A stretch of DNA of 64,000 nucleotides from NCBI GenBank assembly GCA_910584785.1, contig CAJUDX010000001.1, positions 57,583-121,582 of the forward strand, given 5' to 3'. The DNA is from an uncultured Lachnospiraceae bacterium. GTDB taxonomy: Bacteria > Bacillota > Clostridia > Lachnospirales > Lachnospiraceae. How positions within the stretch are numbered: the stretch's first letter is position 1; the number at the start of each line of letters is the position of its first letter. Of the stretch, positions 37,734-45,168 are shown in pieces. The notes beneath the pieces were generated by a model. It was not told where the DNA came from. It ran no database searches and saw only the letters and a list, made by a program, of their open reading frames with translations. The translations under genes and the position numbers were made by a program.

Positions 37734-39080
37734 ATGGCAAGAAAAGATCAACCAAAGATTTCCCAATGCATGATTGTAAAAAATGAAGAAAAGAATATAG
37801 AAAGGGCTCTTCTTTGGGGGAAGGGGATTGTGGCAGAGCAGATTGTTGTGGATACGGGTTCGACGGATCGGACAGTGGAGCTGGCAGAAAAGATGGGAGC
37901 GAAGGTGTATTCTTTTGCATGGATAGACGACTTTTCCGCGGCAAAAAACTTTGCTATCAGCAAGGCAACGGGAGATTGGATAGCTTTTTTGGATGCCGAT
38001 GAGTATTTCTCCGATGAAGATGCGAAGAAGATTCCGGCATTATTGGCAAAGCTTTCGGGAGAGTGTGAATCCGTGCTGACAGCGATGCTTCAGCTGGACG
38101 ACGCCGGGTTAGTTAAGGCTGTGGATACACATATGCGCCTGTTTCGTCGGCATCCTGATTTGCGTTATAAGAACAGGATTCATGAGTTCCTTTCTTTTCG
38201 GGGAGAAAGGCCGCCGCGGTTTTGGGATGCTACGCAGGAATTGTCTATTATTCATACAGGCTATACAGAAACGGAGAATAAGCGGAAACGGGATGAAGGC
38301 AGGAATCTCCGTTTGATTCAGAGAGAGTTAATGGAAGATCCCGATAATTATGAAATGCTGGTTTATCTTGGAAATGAATATGAGACGCTGGAGAAATGGG
38401 ATCTGGCAGAGGATGCCTATCGCAGGGCAATTGCCCTTATGCCAGGAAGTGTAAAAGGTGATTATGATGTTTTGACTTCAGGCTGCGCCTTTCGTTTTTT
38501 GGAGCTTTTAGCTGTCGTTCCGGGAAAAAACGAGAGCGATATGATGGAGATTTATGAATGGGCGGTTGAAAATTGGCCGGAAGAAGGGGATTTTTCCTAT
38601 ATTGTGGGAAATTATTATGCGGTAAAGGGAGATTATGTGGCAGGAGAAAGGTATCTGCGCAAAGCATTAGAGACGATGGAGAGGTATGGAACCTCCCGCC
38701 GTTCTTCCTTGACGTCGGCAAAGATTATGGAAACCTATGAGCTGCTTGCGGTGTGCTGTTTAAATAATGGAGACCGGGAGGAATGTGTAAGATACACAAC
38801 TGCATTATTAAAGGAAAACCGTTATCTGATGACAACGGCAATGCTGTTTATCGTTGCTTTTCGCCAGGATTTGGCAAAGACAGGTCAGGAAAAGAGCGGC
38901 GCCTCTAAAGTAGCTGCTCTCTTAGGCAAGTCATTTTATGATTTTACTTCTTTGAAGGACCGGATTTTCGTTCTCCGTGCCGCTATGGATGCCCGATATC
39001 CTGAACTTATCGAGGTTATCCGCGGTTTATTTACCCCAGAGGAGTTAGCGCAGGTTGACCGGGCACTGAATAAGACCTAA
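37734..39080 (+). CDS. GT2 glycosyltransferase with TPR-like C-terminal region (paralogue 4)
   Basis: The ATG lies 1 nt after the stop of paralogue 3. DTGSTDRT and FLDADEY motifs are present. Confidence 0.8.
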   Translation: MARKDQPKISQCMIVKNEEKNIERALLWGKGIVAEQIVVDTGSTDRTVELAEKMGAKVYSFAWIDDFSAAKNFAISKATGDWIAFLDADEYFSDEDAKKIPALLAKLSGECESVLTAMLQLDDAGLVKAVDTHMRLFRRHPDLRYKNRIHEFLSFRGERPPRFWDATQELSIIHTGYTETENKRKRDEGRNLRLIQRELMEDPDNYEMLVYLGNEYETLEKWDLAEDAYRRAIALMPGSVKGDYDVLTSGCAFRFLELLAVVPGKNESDMMEIYEWAVENWPEEGDFSYIVGNYYAVKGDYVAGERYLRKALETMERYGTSRRSSLTSAKIMETYELLAVCCLNNGDREECVRYTTALLKENRYLMTTAMLFIVAFRQDLAKTGQEKSGASKVAALLGKSFYDFTSLKDRIFVLRAAMDARYPELIEVIRGLFTPEELAQVDRALNKT

Positions 39081-39949
39081 TCACCCTCATTTACAGACAC
39101 TGCCCATAAAGGTCCCCCGCTGTCGTAAGCCTGTTTTAATTCATCCATCAGCTGCTGCAAATCCCATTCTTTTGTGCTGTTTTCATAATTTGCAGGGTCG
39201 GCAATGTAAACATTTCCATTATCTTTGATTTGGGTAATGATAATAAAATGTCCATTATTGGTCAAGCGACCCTTTCCCATCAGCGCTACCAGGATATGAC
39301 CGGACTGCAGCAGCTTTGCAGCATGTTCGGCGGTTCGTTCGGTAACGCTTTCCACCTTAAGGCCGTAAGCCGATAAACTGTTGGGAATTAAAGAGTGGTA
39401 AGAACCTCCATTGCGGGCAAAGCCTCCGTTTGCCGCTCCCCAGTCCGCCATTTCCACCGGAGTAACGCTGGTCGTGGTAAAGCTGTTTATGATCATGGCG
39501 ACACAGGTAGGCCCGCATCCGTACCGGCTCATCGGGTCGGTGCCGCCGTAGAGGTAGGATTTCCAGCGAAGGTCACCCTGATTATAATAAAGCATAGCGC
39601 CAAGTGCTGTATCCAGAAAACAGGAATAAATCGAATCCTCCTGCTCTGGAAAAACTGGTTCAGCATTAAAATCCGAAATATCTCCCATGTCTGCGGTCAG
39701 GGTAATGCGGGGAATGGTTTCTTCCTCTGCTGGTACTTCTTCCTTTGCTGCAAGCCGTTCTTCGCGTTCTTTCTTCCATTCCTGAATATCATGGACAATG
39801 GCTGAGGCACTGTCCTTTACATCTTTCCAGGTAAATGGCCGGAAATAAGAAAAAAGACTGACAATAATTGCCATCGCCATGACTGTAATTCCGCCAATCA
39901 GCAGATTTTCTGCCATACTGTTTTTTTGGCGTACAGTTTTTTTTACCAT
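39077..39949 (-). CDS. membrane-anchored papain-like cysteine peptidase (C39-like domain)
   Basis: An N-terminal TM (LLIGGITVMAMAIIVSLF) is followed by a coiled/charged linker. The candidate catalytic Cys is in YGCGPTCVAMII and the His in NGHFIIIT. The ATG at 39949 is used here; a TTG at 39979 is also possible. Confidence 0.6.
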   Translation of the reverse strand: MVKKTVRQKNSMAENLLIGGITVMAMAIIVSLFSYFRPFTWKDVKDSASAIVHDIQEWKKEREERLAAKEEVPAEEETIPRITLTADMGDISDFNAEPVFPEQEDSIYSCFLDTALGAMLYYNQGDLRWKSYLYGGTDPMSRYGCGPTCVAMIINSFTTTSVTPVEMADWGAANGGFARNGGSYHSLIPNSLSAYGLKVESVTERTAEHAAKLLQSGHILVALMGKGRLTNNGHFIIITQIKDNGNVYIADPANYENSTKEWDLQQLMDELKQAYDSGGPLWAVSVNEGD

Positions 39950-40077
39950 GGTAAGAGTCAATCCTTTCCTGAATCTCAATTAATTTAAACAAAATTCTGA
40001 CAAACCGCCAGCATGCTGACACATTTACTTTCAGGTAAATGATTTGGCGAAATGTAAACGTGTCAGAACACTATCGT

Positions 40078-41196
40078 CTATCCCTTTGCCAGCTGTGCCA
40101 TAACTACCTGAGGTATCGTACTTAATGCGGCCTGCTGACACACAGCGCCAATCTTATAGGCCTCCATCGGCATCCCATAAACAACACAGGTTTCCCGATC
40201 CTGTCCAATGGTGTAAGCTCCGGCTTTTCGCATCCTGAGCAGCCCGGCAGCTCCATCCGCACCCATGCCTGTCAGAATAACACCGATGGCCCTTTGTTTG
40301 ACATTTGCCGCAACAGAAGTAAAAAGAACGTCAACGGAAGGGCGATGTCCGCTCACCTTATCTTCATCGGTACAGCTTACGGAATATCCGTTGCCTAAGC
40401 GAACCACACGCATCTGCAGACCGCCGGGGGCCAATAAAATCCTCCCTGGAAGCACCTTATCGCCGTGGCTGGCTTCCTTTACTTCCAGGTTACACAGGCG
40501 GTTTAAGCGCTCGGCATACATGGAGGTAAATCCGGGCGGCATGTGCTGGGTAATAACGATGCCGGGCATTCTCGCCGGAAATTGCCGAACCACTTCTAAG
40601 ATAGCTTCGGTTCCCCCGGTAGAAGCACCAATCGCAACGATATCGATATTGGAGCTTGGTGATGAAAAATGTGTACGTGCGGCAGGTGCGGCTGCAGATA
40701 CAGGGTTATGATTAGCGACCTGCTGCGAACTTACGGTAAAGCGGTAATTGCCAGCAGTTCCACCTGCAGGGTGAGGCGAAACAGAATGAGCAAAAAGACG
40801 CACCTTGGCATTTGCACCGATAGAAAGCTTTGTCTTTAAGGTAGTTAAAAAGGCTTCTTTTCCTCCGTCAGCATCCATGCTTGGTTTTCGCACAAAATCA
40901 ATTGCACCGGCAGCCAGGGCATCAAATACCCGAACATTGAGGGAAGATACCAGAATAACCGGAACCGGATGAGTGGGGAGAACTTTTTTTAAAAAATCGA
41001 GACCGCTCATTCCCGGCATCTCGATATCCAGGGTCATAATATCCGGCTTTAATATCGCCAGCTTGCTTTCGGCATCACGGGCATTAATGGCATAGCCGAC
41101 AATTTCAAAGCGGGGATCAGCTCCTAAATTCTGCATTAGCCAGCTTCGGAATAAGAGAGAATCATCAACAATCATTAATCGAATTTTCTGCTGCAT
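40078..41196 (-). CDS. cheB: chemotaxis response regulator protein-glutamate methylesterase CheB
   Basis: An N-terminal REC (IVDDS...DIEMPGMSG) is joined by a long low-complexity linker to the C-terminal methylesterase (IGASTGG, ITQHMP, GMGADG). Confidence 0.92.
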   Translation of the reverse strand: MQQKIRLMIVDDSLLFRSWLMQNLGADPRFEIVGYAINARDAESKLAILKPDIMTLDIEMPGMSGLDFLKKVLPTHPVPVILVSSLNVRVFDALAAGAIDFVRKPSMDADGGKEAFLTTLKTKLSIGANAKVRLFAHSVSPHPAGGTAGNYRFTVSSQQVANHNPVSAAAPAARTHFSSPSSNIDIVAIGASTGGTEAILEVVRQFPARMPGIVITQHMPPGFTSMYAERLNRLCNLEVKEASHGDKVLPGRILLAPGGLQMRVVRLGNGYSVSCTDEDKVSGHRPSVDVLFTSVAANVKQRAIGVILTGMGADGAAGLLRMRKAGAYTIGQDRETCVVYGMPMEAYKIGAVCQQAALSTIPQVVMAQLAKG

Positions 41197-41216
41197 GGAG
41201 TAAACCTTCTTTCTCT

Positions 41217-41330
41217 TATTTTACTTTGAAAGTTCGCCGCCGAATAGGCGGCATCAATTCAGGGATTCCAAGTGCGCCCAGCAGACTTTTATTCGTGGTG
41301 GTGCACTCACTTGTGGGCGCATGAGGGTTT
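41217..41330 (-). promoter_or_regulatory. conserved ~113-nt structured element, copy A (cheR-cheB intercistronic, ends 20 nt before the cheB ATG)
   Basis: 91 of 113 hand-aligned positions are identical to copy B (50645-50757) in the reverse-complement orientation. See the findings for the helix model. Confidence 0.6.
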
Positions 41331-42147
41331 ACTTTGCCGATTTGCGGTAAATCGCCGGTTGTACGTAGTCGTAGGGGCAGGTGTTTTTTGTCAGGCCTTC
41401 AGAATGACCGATAAAGAGATGGCCTCCTGGAAGCGTGGCATTGTAAAAACGCCGAACCAGGGCATCCTTTGTCGGCTGATCAAAGTAAATCATAACATTG
41501 CGGCAGAAGATTAAGTCAAATTTTTTCTTAAAGGTAATAGGGTCCATTAAGTTAAAGGTCCTGAAAATAACATTTTGTTTAAGTGCCGGAGTTACCGTAT
41601 ATTGACCGTTTCCTGATTTGGTGAAATACTTCTGCTGCCATGAAGCCGGGAGTGTGGACACACTTTCGCTGCTGTAATTTGCAGCGACAGCAGTGGACAG
41701 TATTTTTTTAGAAATATCGGTGGCAAGAATCCTGGTATCCCACTGGGAAGCTTTAGCGCCAAAGTATTCTTTTAAATACATGGAAATCGTATAAGGCTCT
41801 TCGCCGGAGGAGCAGCCTGCGCTCCAAATGGAAAGAACTTTATCCCTGGCATGCTTTTTTTCCAGATCGGGCAGGATAACTTCCGTAAAATACTTAAAAT
41901 GGGCTTCCTCCCGAAGAAAGTATGTATAATTGGTCGTCAATTTATTTAACATGGCAGTAACCATATCAGGATCGCGACCAGATAAAATTTCATCGACATA
42001 GGCAGAAAAGTTTTCGAAGCCCTGTGAAGAAAGCGTATTGGAAAGGCGGCTGGAAATCAGCTGTTTTTTCTTGCTTAAGTCGATGCCGTAGTTTTTTTGA
42101 ATATAGGTATACAGACGATGAAAGTCCTGATCAGTTAAGGTGAGCAT
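41329..42147 (-). CDS. cheR: chemotaxis protein methyltransferase CheR
   Basis: CheR N-terminal and SAM-binding domains are present (WSAGCSSGEEPYT, ILATDIS, FCRNVMIYFD). The start is at MLTLTDQDF, after GGGGGA. Confidence 0.9.
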   Translation of the reverse strand: MLTLTDQDFHRLYTYIQKNYGIDLSKKKQLISSRLSNTLSSQGFENFSAYVDEILSGRDPDMVTAMLNKLTTNYTYFLREEAHFKYFTEVILPDLEKKHARDKVLSIWSAGCSSGEEPYTISMYLKEYFGAKASQWDTRILATDISKKILSTAVAANYSSESVSTLPASWQQKYFTKSGNGQYTVTPALKQNVIFRTFNLMDPITFKKKFDLIFCRNVMIYFDQPTKDALVRRFYNATLPGGHLFIGHSEGLTKNTCPYDYVQPAIYRKSAK

Positions 42148-42266
42148 CGAATTAAATCCCCCTAATTTCACTAAAATGATACTGCCCCTGCCAGGAGCCT
42201 GTTTAGAAAAATTCTGCATTTTCAGCAAAATGATTTCTAAACACACTCCGGCGAAAGGCAGTGTTT

Positions 42267-42752
42267 TTATTCTGGTGTAGCCAGGGCCTGGCAGTCAATC
42301 GACATAAATACACTGCCGTCATCCATGGTAACCATGCCGTCCAGGAGCTTTTGCTGGCGCTTAAGCGGAATCGGACGAACCTGTTTCAAATCAATATCAA
42401 TAACCTGGCGCACAGAATCAACGATAATTCCCAGGGCAACCGAATCGATTTCCAGGACAATAATACAGGTTTTTTCCGTTGAATCCAGGCTTTCTTTTCC
42501 CATACGGTGTTCGATGTCCACCACTGGCAGAATCTGTCCCCGGAGGTTGATAACTCCTTTAATGTAAGGCGGCATCAGCGGAAGGGTGGTAATCGTATGA
42601 TTATTAATAATTTCAATTACATGTTTCGTACTGATATACAGAACGAGATCCCCGGATTCAAAGGTGAGACAGCGCTCCACTGTTGAACTTTCTTCAATAT
42701 TTAAGGGATTGGTTTCCACTGCGTCCTGTGTGGTAATTTGTTCATACATCAT
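42267..42752 (-). CDS. cheW: chemotaxis coupling protein CheW
   Basis: A 161-aa single CheW-like domain (INLRGQILPVVD). Confidence 0.88.
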   Translation of the reverse strand: MMYEQITTQDAVETNPLNIEESSTVERCLTFESGDLVLYISTKHVIEIINNHTITTLPLMPPYIKGVINLRGQILPVVDIEHRMGKESLDSTEKTCIIVLEIDSVALGIIVDSVRQVIDIDLKQVRPIPLKRQQKLLDGMVTMDDGSVFMSIDCQALATPE

Positions 42753-42765
42753 TCGTTCCTCCCTT

Positions 42766-44895
42766 CTAAATATTTTCTAAAGCCGCACCGTGAAGGCTTT
42801 GGATGTCCAGAATAATGCTGATATTTCCATCACCTAAGATCGTACAGCCAGAAATACCAAAGTCTTTAAGGTTAAAGTAATTTAAGAATGCGGGAAGCGG
42901 CTTTACCACCACCTGCTGTTCGCCAAGAAGTTCATCGACAAACAGGCAGAAAGAACGGTCGCTGGTTTCCACCCAGAGAAGGATTCCATCCGCAAGGTTG
43001 GTGACTTCAGTTTCTATATTATAGAATTGGTGCAGACGGATAACCGGATAGAAACTTCCCATCCGCTCGACAATTTCGCAGCCGTTTTCATCGCGCAAAA
43101 CTTCCTCCGGCGTGATCTTAAAGGACTGGCGAATATTGGCAATCGCAATGGTGAAGATGGATTTTCCTACGGTTACCTTCATACCATCCATAATAGCTAA
43201 AGTAAGTGGAATGGTCATCGTAAAGGTCGTTCCTCTTCCTTCTTCACTGGAGAGGGAAACTGTACCGCCTACGGATTCCACATTTTTCTTTACAACGTCC
43301 ATGCCCACACCACGACCGGAAAACTCAGTGACAGTCTGATTTGTGGAAAAGCCGGGAAGCATAACCAGCCCCAGGGCTTCTTTTCTTGAGTACTGGCTTT
43401 CTGGTTTGGTTAGAAGTCCCTTATCCCTTGCCTTAGCCAAAAGCTTTTCGGGATTCATGCCTTTGCCGTCGTCAGCGATAGAAATAACTACCTCGCTGCT
43501 GGTGTGGGAAGCGGAAAGGACGATTTCACCCTGAGCGCTTTTTCCTGCCTGGATACGCTGATCAGCGGTATCTTCAATCCCGTGATCCATGGCATTACGA
43601 ACCATGTGCATAATCGGGTCCTGAATGCTGTCCACGATGGTTTTGTCAACTTCGGTATCCTCGCCAATTAAGGTAAGCTTTACATCCTTCCCTAATTTCT
43701 GGCGCATATCGCGAACGATACGGCTCATCTTCTGAAATACACCGGAGATGGGAACCATGCGCAGGGACATGGAAATATCCTGAAGGTCATCCGTCAGTTT
43801 ACGAAGCTGACGGGCCGATTTCATAAAATTGTCGTAGGCGTCCCGGCTTAACTGATTTAATTCGGGTGAGGAAGTTACCATGGATTCAGTAATAACAATC
43901 TCGCCCACAAGGTTTTGCAGACTGTCGAGCTTCATCAGGCTGACACTGATTAGATTCTGCTTTACCGGGGTGCCCTGGGCCTGCTTTGCCGGTACCGTCT
44001 GCTTTGGCGCAGACTTTGTCTGTTCCTGGGGAGCCGGGGCAGATGACTCTGCTGCGGATGGTTCCGCTGGAGCTGGAGCAGGGGGCTCTGGTACAGGTTC
44101 TTCTTCCTGAATCTCTACCAATTCGTAGGAACGGATATGGCCCTGTGTCCGTAAGAGATCGCTGGCTTTGGATGCAATCTCTACCGATTCAAACGCCATA
44201 AAAAAGCCGTTTTCAATAATGGAAGAACAGCTGTCCGGGTTTGATTCCATGTTTTCCGGGTAGTAGCGAAAATCCAGGTCACATTCCTTTAATGCGTTGA
44301 CAATCATAAATGCCCGGAGATTTTCCATCCCGATACCCTCGTCTAAAAATACATGGATAAAGCACACTGCCGACTTGTCGTCGGGAAGATTATCGGGAAG
44401 CGAGGATGCTGAATCAGCAGCACCTGGTTCATTTGCCGGAACACTTGCGGCTGGGGTGTCTGCCGGAGGTTCTTCCGTCGCAGCTCCACTGATTTTTTTG
44501 AGGAAATTGTTGATTTCGGCGACAAAACCGTCTAAATTTGTTTCCAGAGGTTCGCCGTTTTCAACTTTTTCCACCTCTCCGCGCAGGCAGTCTTCTGAAC
44601 GGAACATCAGGTTAAAAAGTTCCTTTTTATGCTGCGGGTCCAGGGAATCAATTCCTTTATCGCGGATATAAAAGAACAAGTCTTCTATATGATGCGCGAT
44701 GCTGGAAAGGGAACCGAATTCCATCATAGCCGAGGAACCTTTAATCGTATGCATGATGCGGAAGATTTCATTAACATCATCTGGAGAAAAATCACCTAAT
44801 TTTTCATCCTTCATCAGCATCTCATCCAGGTTGTCTAAAAGGGAGTTTGTTTCAAAGAGGTATGTGTCAAGCATACTTTCCATACCGTTATCCAT
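42766..44895 (-). CDS. cheA: chemotaxis histidine kinase CheA
   Basis: Hpt (FRIMHTIKGSS), dimerisation, HATPase (DDGKGMN, GRGVGMDVV) and a C-terminal CheW-like domain are present. The start at MDNGMES follows AGGTGG; the ORF is open to 44976. Confidence 0.9.
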   Translation of the reverse strand: MDNGMESMLDTYLFETNSLLDNLDEMLMKDEKLGDFSPDDVNEIFRIMHTIKGSSAMMEFGSLSSIAHHIEDLFFYIRDKGIDSLDPQHKKELFNLMFRSEDCLRGEVEKVENGEPLETNLDGFVAEINNFLKKISGAATEEPPADTPAASVPANEPGAADSASSLPDNLPDDKSAVCFIHVFLDEGIGMENLRAFMIVNALKECDLDFRYYPENMESNPDSCSSIIENGFFMAFESVEIASKASDLLRTQGHIRSYELVEIQEEEPVPEPPAPAPAEPSAAESSAPAPQEQTKSAPKQTVPAKQAQGTPVKQNLISVSLMKLDSLQNLVGEIVITESMVTSSPELNQLSRDAYDNFMKSARQLRKLTDDLQDISMSLRMVPISGVFQKMSRIVRDMRQKLGKDVKLTLIGEDTEVDKTIVDSIQDPIMHMVRNAMDHGIEDTADQRIQAGKSAQGEIVLSASHTSSEVVISIADDGKGMNPEKLLAKARDKGLLTKPESQYSRKEALGLVMLPGFSTNQTVTEFSGRGVGMDVVKKNVESVGGTVSLSSEEGRGTTFTMTIPLTLAIMDGMKVTVGKSIFTIAIANIRQSFKITPEEVLRDENGCEIVERMGSFYPVIRLHQFYNIETEVTNLADGILLWVETSDRSFCLFVDELLGEQQVVVKPLPAFLNYFNLKDFGISGCTILGDGNISIILDIQSLHGAALENI

Positions 44896-44959
44896 TCCAT
44901 TACACCACCTATCTCTTTTGATATATCGCATGATAATAGACCATAACACACTTATATGT

Positions 44960-44987
44960 ATATCGGCAAAAAACAAAGCAGCTTAAG
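44960..44987 (-). promoter_or_regulatory. sigma-28-type promoter of the cheA operon: CTTAAG-N14-GCCGATAT
   Basis: On the minus strand GCCGATAT is at 44960-44967 and CTTAAG at 44982-44987. Confidence 0.6.
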
Positions 44988-45055
44988 TGGTATGCAAGTA
45001 TTTTTGCTTTTTCCATTAAAAAAAATGTAAAAAATCGAAAAATTTCTTTTTCTCA

Positions 45056-45083
45056 GTTATAAATTTCAGAGATACGCCGACAT
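45056..45083 (+). promoter_or_regulatory. sigma-28-like promoter of the MCP genes: GTTATA-N14-GCCGACAT
   Basis: GCCGACAT (45076-45083) matches 7 of 8 positions of the SigD -10. The spacing equals that of the other three promoters. Confidence 0.45.
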
Positions 45084-45168
45084 ACTTAAAAGGATATTGG
45101 ATAAAAGCTATAGAATAAAAGAGGACGGCCTGTAATTTTAGGTGGTTCAGTTCAAGGAGGAACGGCAA

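Noticed and set aside
41217-41330. Assigning the repeated element to a known riboswitch class (c-di-GMP-I/II, ZTP and others)
   Set aside because: By eye I cannot align it to any consensus I remember. A short GGGC(G)CACUUG resemblance to part of a c-di-GMP-II aptamer is too weak to count. I leave it as an unclassified candidate pending an Rfam scan.
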